Source: Cyanobacteriota bacterium
GTDB taxonomy: Bacteria > Cyanobacteriota > Cyanobacteriia > PCC-6307 > Cyanobiaceae
Assembly: GCA_046052125.1 (NCBI GenBank)
Contig: JBJOMY010000003.1
Span: 192,001-256,000, forward strand
Reading direction: 5' to 3'
Length of the DNA stretch: 64,000 nt
Shown: positions 1 to 12,112 of the stretch, piece by piece
How positions within the stretch are numbered: position 1 is the stretch's first letter
Layout: the number at the start of each line of letters is the position of its first letter
Made by a program: the position numbers and the translations under genes
The notes under the pieces: model-generated
What the model saw: the letters and a program-made list of their open reading frames with translations, nothing else
Databases searched by the model: none
What the model was told of the DNA's origin: nothing

Positions 1-1455
1 CTGCGCAGTGGTCTCACCCTGAAGATCGAATCGAGGAAGCGTGAGCTGTTTGAAACGATCGAGGCTTATGTGAAAGCCAATCCCGCTACGGGTGTGTTCT
101 TCGGCCAAGGATGGGATCCCACTGTGTTCACCGATGACGGTGGTCCGCATCGGCGCGATCTCGATGCGATCAATGCGGATCGGCCGATGTTTTTCTTCTC
201 AGCCGACGGCCACTCTGGCTGGGCCAACAGCAAGGCGCTGGAACTGGCTGGCATTACCGCCGCAACACCTGATCCCCCCGTTGGGGGCTATACCCGCGAT
301 GCCGACGGCACCCCGACGGGTTTGATCCGCGAGGTGCCGGCGATGTTGCCGGTGATCAATGCGCTGAATCTGTTGAAGCCTGAGATTTATGGCCCTTCGC
401 TCAAGCGCCTGCTGGATCAGTTTGCGGCGATGGGCTTCACCAGTGTGTTTGATGCGGCGATGCCCTTCGGGCAGGAGGCGATCTATACGGCGGTGGAGCA
501 GTTGGATCAGCGCGGTGAGTTGCCGGTGCGCCTACATGCCACACAAACTGTGAGTTTTGAAGGCGATGTGAAGGATGCGGTGACGCTTCTTAGCCGGTTT
601 CATCAGCAATACGCCAGCACCCACTTCCGGGTCAACACCTTGAAGATCGTTGGGGATGGTGTGATTGAAAATCGCCAGGCTGCACTGCTTGAGCCGTATC
701 TCGAGCCTGCTGGTAGCCGCGGCAGCCTGGCGATCTCTACATCATCGGCCGTGACGTTGCTCAAGCAATGCCATAAAGCCGGCTTTGATGTGCACTATCA
801 CACCATCGGTGATGCGTCGCTGCGCCAGATCCTGGATGCCCTCACCACGGCGCGTCAGCAGGGCGTGGCTCCCAAGGTGACCCTGGCCCATGTGCAACTG
901 GCTGATGATGCGGATCAGGCGCGATTGGCACGGCTCAAACCGTTGATTAGCAGCACCGGCATTTGGTGCATTCGCTTCCAGGCAACGGAGCAGGCCATTG
1001 GCAGCGATCGCTACAACAAGATGTTCCGTTTCGGACGCCTGCAGCGCGATCACGGCCTGAATGTGGCTCTCGGCAGCGATTGGCCCGCGACCTATGCCAG
1101 TGGCACGCTCGGGATCGAGCCGTTGCTGAATGTGCAGGCGGCGATTCTCCGCCAGCCCCCGCCGCCGCTGCTGGCGGCGATGAAGGATGCTCTCGGGCCT
1201 GGTGCCAGTGAGCCTCTGCCCCCGATGGAGGATGCCTTCACTCTGGATGGCGCCCTGGAGGCTTACACCCTCGCCGGTGCCCGCCAGCTGGGGATTGACG
1301 GCATTACCGGTTCGATCAAGGAGGGCAAGCGTGCCGATCTGTGCGTGTTTGATCAAGACATCACAGTGCTTCCCACGGATCGCCTTTACAGCGCCCGCTG
1401 TCTGCTCACGCTGATGGACGGCGTAGCCCGCCATGATGCACGAACCGCGGCTTAA
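1..1455 (+). CDS. Amidohydrolase family 3 (YtcJ-like) metal-dependent hydrolase, 5'-truncated by the window
   Basis: Frame is open from base 1; motifs DGHSGWANSKAL, HTIGD, AHVQ, LGSDWP, GSIKEGKRADL. Confidence 0.85.
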   Translation: MRSGLTLKIESRKRELFETIEAYVKANPATGVFFGQGWDPTVFTDDGGPHRRDLDAINADRPMFFFSADGHSGWANSKALELAGITAATPDPPVGGYTRDADGTPTGLIREVPAMLPVINALNLLKPEIYGPSLKRLLDQFAAMGFTSVFDAAMPFGQEAIYTAVEQLDQRGELPVRLHATQTVSFEGDVKDAVTLLSRFHQQYASTHFRVNTLKIVGDGVIENRQAALLEPYLEPAGSRGSLAISTSSAVTLLKQCHKAGFDVHYHTIGDASLRQILDALTTARQQGVAPKVTLAHVQLADDADQARLARLKPLISSTGIWCIRFQATEQAIGSDRYNKMFRFGRLQRDHGLNVALGSDWPATYASGTLGIEPLLNVQAAILRQPPPPLLAAMKDALGPGASEPLPPMEDAFTLDGALEAYTLAGARQLGIDGITGSIKEGKRADLCVFDQDITVLPTDRLYSARCLLTLMDGVARHDARTAA

Positions 1456-1597
1456 ATGGTTGCAGGCTGGGTATTTATACCCACTGATTTGCCCCAGCTT
1501 GTGAATCGCTTGCGTGTGGGGATGCGCACAGCCTGGGCAGCGATGTTTCGCTTTGCACGAACAGCTGTTGCGATTCACCTATGCAGGGGTTGGATGA

Positions 1598-2503
<906 letters not shown>

Positions 2504-2527
2504 GCTCTTTGGCTGAGCGCCTCTGCC

Positions 2528-3217
2528 TCAGCCCCGGTTGCGCACCGGGTTGCTGAGGCAGCCCGCGCCGCTGATCTCCACCTCCACCACATCGCCATCG
2601 CGCAGGAAGCGGGGTGGCTTGCGGCCGGCGCCCACACCTGCCGGCGTGCCCGTGAGGATCACGCTCCCGGCCAGCAGGGTGGTGCCCTGGCTGAGCTCGC
2701 TGATCAAGCGCGCCACCGAGAAGATCATCGTGCTGGTGCTCGCCTGCTGCACCACGTCGCCATTGAGGCGGGTGGTGAGCAGCAGATCCTGCAGATCGGC
2801 GATGGCGCTGATCGGTGTGGGCTCCCCGAGGGGGCAGAAGGTATCGAAGCTCTTGCCGCGGCACCACTGGCCGCCGCTGCCATGCCATTGCCACCAGCGC
2901 TGGCTCACATCGTTGGCGCAGGCCACCGCCGCGATCACCTCGTGGGCCTCGGCTTCGGGCACATCGCGTGCATCGCAGCCCAGGATCACCGCTAGCTCGC
3001 CCTCGTAATCCACGCCGATCGGAGGGTCGCGGTCGTCGGTGTGCACCACAGGCGGCAGTTCGATCGCCTCGCCAGAGCCGATCACGCTGGCCGGGTTTTT
3101 CATGAACAGGACCGGCCGCTCCGGCAGCTTCAGGGCTCCCGGCTCGGCTAATTCAGCGGCGTGATCGGCGTAGTTCTTGCCGATGCAGAGGATCGAGGGC
3201 GGCCGGGCCGGCGCCAT
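2528..3217 (-). CDS. Fumarylacetoacetate hydrolase family protein
   Basis: CIGKNYADH, DYEGELAV, NDVS, KSFDTFCPLG, ILTGTPAGVG. Confidence 0.93.
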   Translation of the reverse strand: MAPARPPSILCIGKNYADHAAELAEPGALKLPERPVLFMKNPASVIGSGEAIELPPVVHTDDRDPPIGVDYEGELAVILGCDARDVPEAEAHEVIAAVACANDVSQRWWQWHGSGGQWCRGKSFDTFCPLGEPTPISAIADLQDLLLTTRLNGDVVQQASTSTMIFSVARLISELSQGTTLLAGSVILTGTPAGVGAGRKPPRFLRDGDVVEVEISGAGCLSNPVRNRG

Positions 3218-3218
3218 C

Positions 3219-4241
<1,023 letters not shown>

Positions 4242-4763
4242 CTATCGAGTGGCCTGCGGCTTCACGCTGCTGGTGTTGGGCTGCTCAACAGTTGGAAACG
4301 GGGAGGAGGCATCCGAGGCCGCCTGCGTGGTCGCCGATTTCCAGATCACACGCATGCGGTTGGGGGCGATCCACTGGTCCTGCTCCTGGATCAGCCGCTG
4401 CTCACCGCCGGTGGTGAACAGGTTGTCGAAGCGCTGCTGGGCCTTGTTGAGCTTGGCCTGCTGGATGTTGAGCACGGCCGTGATCTCGCCGTAGCGATCG
4501 AGCCGTTCGCGGTAGGCGCTTCCCAGGCGCACCAGGCTCACCACAGCCACCAGGGCCAATCCCACCTTCAGGGTGAGGCCAATGCCGCTGCAGATCAGTT
4601 CCTGGCCAGGCGTGGAGGCACGCAGGGCAGCTGTCGCTTTGGGCGCGTCGACGCTGCTTAGCTGCTGCGCCGTGGTCCGAGCTGGGCGCGGACTGGAGCT
4701 TCTTGAGCGTTCACCCCGTGGCGCGGATCGCCGCTGCGATGGCTGGGCGGTACGGGGGCTCAA
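4242..4763 (-). CDS. Conserved cyanobacterial membrane-anchored coiled-coil hypothetical protein
   Basis: One TM segment then coiled coil ending EQDQWIAPNRMRVIW; sits between psaM and por; start uncertain. Confidence 0.7.
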   Translation of the reverse strand: MSPRTAQPSQRRSAPRGERSRSSSPRPARTTAQQLSSVDAPKATAALRASTPGQELICSGIGLTLKVGLALVAVVSLVRLGSAYRERLDRYGEITAVLNIQQAKLNKAQQRFDNLFTTGGEQRLIQEQDQWIAPNRMRVIWKSATTQAASDASSPFPTVEQPNTSSVKPQATR

Positions 4764-4823
4764 GGTGTTGAGGGGAGCGCTTGTGGCCCGCTTTTAGCAG
4801 GCCACAAGCGCACTGCCAAGAGA

Positions 4824-4925
4824 TCAGGCGCGGTAGAGGCTCGCGGCCAGACGGACGGCGAGCACGCCAGCGTGGGCAGCCACCACCAGGGCAATCAGCA
4901 CTTCGGCCTGGGTGAGGGACGTCAT
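4824..4925 (-). CDS. psaM: Photosystem I reaction centre subunit XII
   Basis: Hand-translated 33 aa MTSLTQAEVLIALVVAAHAGVLAVRLAASLYRA (below the ORF-track cut-off). Confidence 0.93.
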   Translation of the reverse strand: MTSLTQAEVLIALVVAAHAGVLAVRLAASLYRA

Positions 4926-4975
4926 GGCCTGATTCAACGCAGAAATCCCACCCATTCTTCCCCAGTTCCGCGGCC

Positions 4976-5542
4976 TTGCCAGGCCGAAGCCCCTGCCCTG
5001 TCACAGCTCGATACCCCTTTTCTGCAGCCGCTGGCTACGGTCAACGCCGATTGCCGGCTGCTCCGTTGCCCTCTGCAGAACCCGTGTTGATTCAGCAGCA
5101 GCAGGTGCTCGCCCGCAGCCTTGAGCCGCTCGCTCCGTTGTTTTCGCTCGAGCCAGAGGCGTTGCTGCAGCAGAGCGGCCAACTGGAGCTGGCCTTCGAT
5201 TGGCCGCGCGACAACGACGATCCGCGCGAGCTCTCCGAGATTCCTGAGCTGCGTCTCTGGAGCCTGCGCGCCGATGCGCTCTGCCCCTGGCTGCCGTTGT
5301 TGCTGGAGCGCAGCAATGGTCAGCTCACCCGCCATGTGGCGATGCTGATCCCCCATAGCTTCAGCCGCAGCGAGGGGATCCGCTTCGCCCCCGACAGCCT
5401 GGAGCTGTGGATGACGCACCGGCTGTTTCTGTTGGATCACTGGTCGCGCGGACACGGCCTCAACTGCCGCGGCAACCTGGAGCAGATGGCGGCGGTGCTC
5501 GGTTTCGAGCTCGATGGCAGCTTCTGGCAGGGGCTCAGCTGA
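4976..5542 (+). CDS. CRR6 family NdhI maturation factor (DUF1817)
   Basis: DPRELSEIPELRLWSLRADA, W-LP-LL pattern; true start probably TTG 5066 or GTG 5084. Confidence 0.85.
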   Translation: MPGRSPCPVTARYPFSAAAGYGQRRLPAAPLPSAEPVLIQQQQVLARSLEPLAPLFSLEPEALLQQSGQLELAFDWPRDNDDPRELSEIPELRLWSLRADALCPWLPLLLERSNGQLTRHVAMLIPHSFSRSEGIRFAPDSLELWMTHRLFLLDHWSRGHGLNCRGNLEQMAAVLGFELDGSFWQGLS

Positions 5543-6296
5543 GGGCCAGCTGCACAGCTCGCCTGCCCGCATCCAGCGCCAGCACCACACACAGCACTCG
5601 CAGCAGCCACACCAGCCGCGATTCGCTCACCGATTGCAGCCGAGACGCCGACCATTGCGCGGCCACAGCGGCCGTTGCCCCCAGCAGCAGGCCCATGCCC
5701 GGGTGGCCGCGCCCATCGCTCCAAAAGGTGAGTGACGCTGCTGCGGCAGAGGCACAGACCGCGATCGTGCTCAGCCGGATCGCCTGATACACCCGAATTC
5801 CCAGGCCCTGCACCATCAGCGGCACCATCACCAGGCCGCCGCCCACCCCCAACAGTCCGCTCGACCAGCCCGCCACCAGCCCCACGCCGGAGAGCCCCAG
5901 CAGCGGCAGTGGTGGGGCGTCAGCTTCGTTCTGGTCGCTGCGGCGGGGAGAGATCACGCCGGCCAGCACGCCGTACATGGCGGCCTGCAGGGTGAGCAGG
6001 TGCCATCCCTGTAGGACGTTGCCGGCATGGCTGAACACCAGTGACCCTGTGATCGCCCCGGCGGCGATGGCCAGCACCGCCTGCTTGGGCACCAGACCGC
6101 TGCGTAGGTGGGTCCAGCTGCCGGCCAGGGTGGTGGGCAGGATCGCCAGGGTGCTGGTGGCCAGGGCCTGATGGGGTGAGAGTCCCAGGGCCAGCAGCAG
6201 CGGCGAGAAGATCAGGCCGCCGCCGATGCCCAGCAGGCCGGAGAGCAGCCCCGCCAGGATGCCCAGGGGCAGCAGTGGCAGCAGGTCCCAAATCAT
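5535..6296 (-). CDS. Sulfite exporter TauE/SafE family membrane protein
   Basis: Two GLLG(I/V)GGG repeats, highly hydrophobic. Confidence 0.9.
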   Translation of the reverse strand: MIWDLLPLLPLGILAGLLSGLLGIGGGLIFSPLLLALGLSPHQALATSTLAILPTTLAGSWTHLRSGLVPKQAVLAIAAGAITGSLVFSHAGNVLQGWHLLTLQAAMYGVLAGVISPRRSDQNEADAPPLPLLGLSGVGLVAGWSSGLLGVGGGLVMVPLMVQGLGIRVYQAIRLSTIAVCASAAAASLTFWSDGRGHPGMGLLLGATAAVAAQWSASRLQSVSESRLVWLLRVLCVVLALDAGRRAVQLALS

Positions 6297-6338
6297 CGAG
6301 CGGCCACGGCCATCGTCTCCAGCATCCCTGACGCCCCT

Positions 6339-7073
6339 GTGAGCAGCTCACCCCCCTGGCGCTGGATTCCGCCGATCACGGCGCCGGCAGCCACCCAGAT
6401 GGCGATCGATCGCTGGATGGTGCAGCAGCAACTGGCGGGCGCCCCGCCGATCCTGCGCCTGTATCGCTGGAGTGCGCCGGCGCTGTCGTTGGGGCGGCAT
6501 CAGCAGCGCTGGCCAGACCATTGGCGCCGCTTGCAAGCAGAGGGTCGCCTCGATCTGGTGCGGCGCCCCAGCGGCGGGCGGGCGGTTCTGCATGCCGGCG
6601 AGCTCACCTATGCCCTGGCGATGCGGCCGGTCCAGCGGCAGCGCGAGGCCGTGTATCGCCATTGCTGCCTCTGGTTGCAACAGGCGTTTGCGGCCGCTGG
6701 CGAGCCGCTGGTGTTTGGCGAGGCCGCTGCCGCGGCGGCGGCGCAGCGCAGCAGCTGTTTTGCCACCGCCACGCCAGCCGATCTGATCGGCTTGGATGGC
6801 AGCAAGCGCATCGGCAGCGCTCAGCTCTGGCAGGGGCCAGCTCTGCTGCAGCACGGCAGTGTGCTGCTCGATCCACCGCTGGATCTGTGGCGGGAGCTGT
6901 TCGGGGCTGATCCCCCGGCCCTGCCGCCTTTGGCCTGGCAAGGGGATGAGCTGCATCAGCCGCTGCGGGCCGCTGCGCAGCACCACCTGTGCGGCGGGAC
7001 TTTGCTCGATCAGCCCCTCAGCGCAGCTGAGTGGGAGGCCGTGCGGGAGCTCGAGCCCCTCGGTGCCCTCTGA
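6339..7073 (+). CDS. Lipoate-protein ligase A family protein
   Basis: QMAID, LRLYRW, RRPSGGRAVLH, KRIGSAQ, LLQHGS. Confidence 0.9.
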   Translation: MSSSPPWRWIPPITAPAATQMAIDRWMVQQQLAGAPPILRLYRWSAPALSLGRHQQRWPDHWRRLQAEGRLDLVRRPSGGRAVLHAGELTYALAMRPVQRQREAVYRHCCLWLQQAFAAAGEPLVFGEAAAAAAAQRSSCFATATPADLIGLDGSKRIGSAQLWQGPALLQHGSVLLDPPLDLWRELFGADPPALPPLAWQGDELHQPLRAAAQHHLCGGTLLDQPLSAAEWEAVRELEPLGAL

Positions 7074-7079
7074 GCGCGC

Positions 7080-8306
7080 TCAGGCTTCGCCGCTGGATTC
7101 AATCGCCCGGGCCACCGGTGCCAGGCCCATGCCCAGCGGGTACACGCCTTGCTTGCGGGCCGCATCGAGGATCGCCTTGGGCAAATGCACCCCCAGCTTC
7201 TCCAGCACCCGCTCCGCCAGCTCGGGGCGCTCCAGCGTGCCGCTGGGCAGCCCGGCTGGACCGAGCACCAGCAGCCGTTGAGTGTCTGGTTGATCCAGGC
7301 GCAGCACCGCCTGCCACAGGGGGGCATCGGCGTTGATCTGCGGCAACTGATCGAGCGGTTGCAGGTGATCGCCTACCCGCTCCTCCTCCCAGCGCTGCAC
7401 GGGCAGCTGCTGCAGCGGCGCATCGGTGATGAAGCCCAGCCAGCGGCCCTGGCGGGTCACCAGCAGCCAGTCGGCCAGGCCTTCGCCATCGCTAAGGCGC
7501 AGGCGGCTGAGCTGTTTGAGGCTGGCGTCGGCCTCCAGCACCCGAAAGCGGCGCTGGGCTGCATCCTTCACCTTCAGCTGCCGCAGCACCGATTGCAGCG
7601 CCAGCAGCTGGGTTTGGTTGCGGGCGGCCCCCAGACCGAACCAGCCCAGCAGCATCAGCCACAGGCCCCCCACGCTGGCACCGCGCAGCAGCAGCACCAC
7701 GCCCAGGCCAATCGCCAGCAGCGAGAGAAAGCGGCCGGTGGCTGTGGCCACCTGGATGCCTTTGCGCTGGCTGCCGCTCCACTGCCACACCAGTGCTTTG
7801 AGGATCAGGCCACCATCGAGGGGCAGGCCCGGCAGCAGATTGAACAGGGCCAGGATCAAGTTGAGGCCGCCCAGCTCGTTCACCATCGCCCCGAGCAGTG
7901 GCGAGGCATGGGACACGCTGTGGCCGCTCGCCAGCAGCAGCGCCGCCAGCACCAGGCTCACCAGCGGTCCGGCGGCCGCCACCATCAGCGAGCCCATGGC
8001 GGTGGGGCACTCGCGCTCCACGCTCGCCACCCCACCCAGCAAAAACAGGGTGATGCTGCGCACCTGAACGCCCTGCTGGATCGCCACCAGCGAGTGCCCC
8101 AGCTCGTGCAGCAACACCGACACAAACAGCAGCAGCGCCGTGAGCAGGCCCAAGCCCCAGAGCTCAATGCCGGAGCCGCTGCTGCTGAGCTGTTGGCTGT
8201 ATTGCTGCTGGAAGGCCACGGTGGCCAGCCCCAGGATCACGAACCAGCTCGGATGGATCCGCAGGGGAATGCCGCGGATCTTCAGCAGCTGCCAGCCCTC
8301 GCCCAC
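7080..8306 (-). CDS. Site-2 protease (M50) family protein with CBS-like C-terminus
   Basis: HELGH zinc motif, FNLLPGLPLDGG. Confidence 0.93.
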   Translation of the reverse strand: MGEGWQLLKIRGIPLRIHPSWFVILGLATVAFQQQYSQQLSSSGSGIELWGLGLLTALLLFVSVLLHELGHSLVAIQQGVQVRSITLFLLGGVASVERECPTAMGSLMVAAAGPLVSLVLAALLLASGHSVSHASPLLGAMVNELGGLNLILALFNLLPGLPLDGGLILKALVWQWSGSQRKGIQVATATGRFLSLLAIGLGVVLLLRGASVGGLWLMLLGWFGLGAARNQTQLLALQSVLRQLKVKDAAQRRFRVLEADASLKQLSRLRLSDGEGLADWLLVTRQGRWLGFITDAPLQQLPVQRWEEERVGDHLQPLDQLPQINADAPLWQAVLRLDQPDTQRLLVLGPAGLPSGTLERPELAERVLEKLGVHLPKAILDAARKQGVYPLGMGLAPVARAIESSGEA

Positions 8307-8362
8307 ACGGTGATTCCCAATGGCTCGATCCTAGAAAGGCTCTGCTGCTGCGGCCGTTTGGG

Positions 8363-9031
8363 ATGTTGCTGAAGGTCTGCGGGTTGCGCCAGCCGGATCA
8401 GGCGGCAGCGGTGGCGGCTCTGGGGGCCGATGCCATCGGTGTGATCGGCGTGCAGCAGTCGCCCCGCTGGCTTGAGCCTGCACAGCGGCCGGCCCTGTTC
8501 GAGGCGATCCATCGCGCTCGCCCGGATTGCCTGGGCGTGCTGGTGGTGGCCGACCCTGCCGATGCCGAGCTGGAGCAGCTCAAGCCAGCGGCCGGCCATC
8601 AGGTGCTGCAGCTCCACGGGGGCGAAACGCCAAAGCGCTGCCAGGCGCTGCGCGCTGCTCTTGGGCCCGATCTGATCCTTTGGAAGGCGCTGCGCATCCG
8701 CGCTCAGGCGGATCTGGAGCAGGCCGAGGCCTATGCCGCCGTGGTGGATGCGCTGCTGCTGGATGCCTGGGTTCCGGATCAGCTCGGCGGCACGGGCCAT
8801 CGCATCCCGATCGAGTGGCTGGAGGGGTTTCAGCCGCGGCTGCCCTGGTGGCTGGCGGGCGGGATCACCCCCGAGCGGCTTCCCCAGGCGCTGCAGGCCC
8901 TGGCCGCAACGCCACCGGTGGGTGTGGATGCCTCCAGTGGTGTGGAGCGTGCCCCCGGCGATAAGGATCTGGCTCGGGTGGAGCAGCTCGTGGCTGCCGT
9001 GGCCGCCTTCCGCCAGGATCGCTCCAGCTGA
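8363..9031 (+). CDS. trpF: Phosphoribosylanthranilate isomerase
   Basis: KVCGL, QLHGGE, LLLDA..GGTG, WLAGG, GVDASSGVE. Confidence 0.95.
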   Translation: MLLKVCGLRQPDQAAAVAALGADAIGVIGVQQSPRWLEPAQRPALFEAIHRARPDCLGVLVVADPADAELEQLKPAAGHQVLQLHGGETPKRCQALRAALGPDLILWKALRIRAQADLEQAEAYAAVVDALLLDAWVPDQLGGTGHRIPIEWLEGFQPRLPWWLAGGITPERLPQALQALAATPPVGVDASSGVERAPGDKDLARVEQLVAAVAAFRQDRSS

Positions 9032-9037
9032 TCGCCC

Positions 9038-9544
9038 TTGATGTTTTCGATCTTCCGCGGCCTGCTGGCGGCGGCGGCCGTTTCGGCCGCGATCCCAGCC
9101 ACGCCACTGCTGGCCCAAGACCTGGTGGGCTGCCAGCTGGTGGGCGCCACCCTCCAGTGCGTGCCAGGGGTGGATGAGAGCCCCCAGCTGCAGATTCAGC
9201 AGCTGCAGCAGCAACTCTCCACCGACATTCAGCTGGAGGGGGTGGTGCAGCAGCGCATCGATGGCCTCCAGCAGCTGGTGCTCCAAGGCGAGGCCGGCGT
9301 GGGTGAAGCGCTCACGGCTGCGGCGATCGCCGATGCCCAGGCCGCTCTACCGACAGCCAACTACCACTGGTATCGGATCAAGCCCGGCCAGCGCAGCTGG
9401 GTGCTGATCGAAGGAGCCAATGGCACTACCTATGTGCCTGCGCCGGTGGACATCGGCCAGAACATCATGGTGGTGGCGGTGGTGAACCAAAACGGGCAAG
9501 TGAGGCGCGTGGCCTCACAACCCGTGGGTCCGGTTCAACCCTGA
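9038..9544 (+). CDS. Secreted hypothetical protein
   Basis: Signal peptide ending PLLA, coiled coil, C-terminal beta-rich YHWYR..GANGTTY domain. Confidence 0.75.
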   Translation: MMFSIFRGLLAAAAVSAAIPATPLLAQDLVGCQLVGATLQCVPGVDESPQLQIQQLQQQLSTDIQLEGVVQQRIDGLQQLVLQGEAGVGEALTAAAIADAQAALPTANYHWYRIKPGQRSWVLIEGANGTTYVPAPVDIGQNIMVVAVVNQNGQVRRVASQPVGPVQP

Positions 9545-9558
9545 GAAACGCGTGGAAC

Positions 9559-10281
9559 TCAGTGGAGCAGCAGGGATTCCTGTTGCTTCACCAGTTCGAA
9601 GAATTCAGCCTTGAGGCTTGGGTCGTGGCGGAAATCGCCGCGAACCACGGAATTCACCATGCTGGTTTGGGGCTCTTTCACACCGCGCCACTTCATGCAG
9701 TAGTGCTGAGCCTTCACCAGAATCGCCAGACCCTGGGGCTCACAGAGGCGCTCAATTTCATCGGCCAGGATCATCACGGCCTCTTCCTGGATGTGCGGCC
9801 GGGAGAACACCCAATCCGCCACGCGGGAGAACTTCGAGAGGCCGATCACGCGCTCACCGGGCTTGATACCGATCCAGCAATTACCAAGGATCGGCACCAG
9901 GTGGTGGGAGCAAGCTGAACGCACCGTGATGGGTCCCACGGTGTAGATCTCATCCAGCTGTTTAACGTTCGGGAAGCTGGCGATTTTGGGCTGGTGGTGA
10001 TAGCGGCCCTTGAACACCTCGTGCAGATACATGCGCGCGACGCGCTCTGCTGTTTCTTCGGTGTTGTGGTCGTTGTCGATATCGATCACGAGGCTGCGCA
10101 GCAGTTCGCGCACCTTGCCGGCCACCTCAATTTCCAGCTGCTCGAGCTCACCCTCTTGGAGATGCTCGGAAATGTTGTCGTTGGCGAGATAGGCCACGCC
10201 AGCCGCATCAAGACGATCGCGAATGCGCCGGCTCACGGGAGCCAGTTGGCCGGAAACGCTTGAAGGAAGGGTAGATGTCAT
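9559..10281 (-). CDS. folE: GTP cyclohydrolase I
   Basis: SACSHH, IGLSKF, PHIQE, HYCMKWRGV; start set at MTSTLP. Confidence 0.95.
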   Translation of the reverse strand: MTSTLPSSVSGQLAPVSRRIRDRLDAAGVAYLANDNISEHLQEGELEQLEIEVAGKVRELLRSLVIDIDNDHNTEETAERVARMYLHEVFKGRYHHQPKIASFPNVKQLDEIYTVGPITVRSACSHHLVPILGNCWIGIKPGERVIGLSKFSRVADWVFSRPHIQEEAVMILADEIERLCEPQGLAILVKAQHYCMKWRGVKEPQTSMVNSVVRGDFRHDPSLKAEFFELVKQQESLLLH

Positions 10282-10300
10282 GGATAAGTCCCCGCGGCGA

Positions 10301-11032
10301 TCAAAGAACGCCTGCGGCGGGCATGAGGGTGGCATCCTCCACGATCTGGGAGGAGGGTTGCTGGGCCAGGGACAACAGAGCCTCGGCCACGCGTTCTGGG
10401 GAGAGCATGGCACGGCGATCAAACGAACTGTGGACGGTTTCGCTGTCCCAAAGAGGTGTATTGACCGCACCCAGGGTGAGCGTGGACACCCGGATGCCGT
10501 GCTGCCGCTCCTCCTCGGCTAAACAGCGGCTGAAGGAGGCCAGGGCTGCCTTGCTGGTGCAGTAAGCGCCCCAGTCGGGGAAGGCGTTGCGGGCGGCGTG
10601 GCTGCTCACATTGATGATCTGCCCGCCGCACTCCCGTAGGCCGGGCAGCACCGCCTGGCACACCTGAAACACGCTGGTGAGATTGAGCTGCATCAGCCAC
10701 TGCCAGCGCTCAATCGGCATCTCCGCCAGGCTGCCGGTGTAGGCAGCGCCGGCGTTGTTGATCACCACGGTGGGCTGCAATCCACGCCCCAGCAGCGCCT
10801 GAAGCCCAGCGGCGACGCCGGAGGGCTCCGCCAGATCGATGGCCGCGGTTTCCACGCGCCGGCCGCTGCTCCGCAGCTCGCCGGCTAGCTGCTCGAGGGT
10901 CTCGCTGGAGCGAGCCACCAGCAGCAGATCGAAACCGGCTGCGGCGAACGCGCGTGCGGTGGCCGCACCAATGCCCCGAGAGGCACCGGTGATCAGGGCG
11001 GTGGGCTGGCCGTTGGCTGGGTTGGCGCTCAA
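10301..11032 (-). CDS. Short-chain dehydrogenase/reductase
   Basis: TGASRGIG, NNAG, YCTSK. Confidence 0.92.
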   Translation of the reverse strand: MSANPANGQPTALITGASRGIGAATARAFAAAGFDLLLVARSSETLEQLAGELRSSGRRVETAAIDLAEPSGVAAGLQALLGRGLQPTVVINNAGAAYTGSLAEMPIERWQWLMQLNLTSVFQVCQAVLPGLRECGGQIINVSSHAARNAFPDWGAYCTSKAALASFSRCLAEEERQHGIRVSTLTLGAVNTPLWDSETVHSSFDRRAMLSPERVAEALLSLAQQPSSQIVEDATLMPAAGVL

Positions 11033-11077
11033 GGGGGAAGGACCACCCGCCGGCCGTCCAGGAAACGAAAGGAAACC

Positions 11078-12067
11078 TTAAGAGCTCAGGCTGGCGTCCT
11101 GTTGGCCGGCCTCGAGGAAGCGGCCCATGCGCCGGAACTTGGCGTAGCGCTGATCGATCAGCTCGCTCTCGCTCAGGGCTTGGAGCTCACCCAGATGGCG
11201 CAGCAGCGCCGCCTTCAGGGATTCGGCTGCCTGGCGGGGTGCCCAGTGGTTGCCACCGGAGGGTTCGCTGATGATGTCGTCGATGATGCCGAGCTTCTGC
11301 AGATCCGGGGCGGTGATCTTCAGCGCTTCGGCTGCCACGGGGGCTTTGGCGGCATCGCGCCAGAGGATCGAGGCGCAAGCTTCAGGGCTGGCCACGGTGT
11401 AAACGCTGTGCTGGAACATCAGCAGGCGATCGGCCACGCCGATGCCCAGGGCACCGCCGGAGCCGCCTTCACCGATCACGGTGGCCACGATCGGCACCCG
11501 CAGCCGGAACATCTCGCGCAGGTTCACGGCGATCGCCTCACCCTGGCCCTGCTCCTCAGCGGTGAGGCCGGCGTAGGCGCCCGGGGTGTCGATGAACGAG
11601 AAGATCGGTAGCCGGAAGCGATCGGCGTGCTCCATCAGGCGCATTGCCTTGCGGTAGCCGCCGGGGGAGGCCATGCCGAAGTTGCGGGCCACGTTCTCCT
11701 TGGTGTCGCGCCCCTTCTGGTGGCCCAGCAGCACCACGCCCTGATCGCCGATGCGGCCCACGCCGCCCACCAGCGCCTGGTCATCGCTGCCGCGGCGGTC
11801 GCCGTGCATCTCGATGAACTCGTCGGTGAGCACCTGGATGTAGTCGAGGGTGCTCGGGCGCTGCGGATGCCGCGCCACCTGAATCTTCTGGGCCGGGCTG
11901 AGGTTGGAGAAGATCTCTTCGCGCCGCCGGGCCGCCAGGGTTTCCAGCTGCAGCAGCTGCTGGCTCACATCCACTTCGGAATCTTTGGCCAGTTGCCGGA
12001 TCTGCTCGATCTGCTCCTCCAGCTCCACCAGAGGTTTCTCGAAATCAAGCAAGGGGCGACGGGCCAT
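11078..12067 (-). CDS. accA: Acetyl-CoA carboxylase carboxyltransferase alpha subunit
   Basis: [41 protein letters not shown]. Confidence 0.97.
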   Translation of the reverse strand: MARRPLLDFEKPLVELEEQIEQIRQLAKDSEVDVSQQLLQLETLAARRREEIFSNLSPAQKIQVARHPQRPSTLDYIQVLTDEFIEMHGDRRGSDDQALVGGVGRIGDQGVVLLGHQKGRDTKENVARNFGMASPGGYRKAMRLMEHADRFRLPIFSFIDTPGAYAGLTAEEQGQGEAIAVNLREMFRLRVPIVATVIGEGGSGGALGIGVADRLLMFQHSVYTVASPEACASILWRDAAKAPVAAEALKITAPDLQKLGIIDDIISEPSGGNHWAPRQAAESLKAALLRHLGELQALSESELIDQRYAKFRRMGRFLEAGQQDASLSS

Positions 12068-12112
12068 GGCAGCAGGAGAGGGGCTGAGGCTGGGGCTGAT
12101 CTTCGGGGCTGA

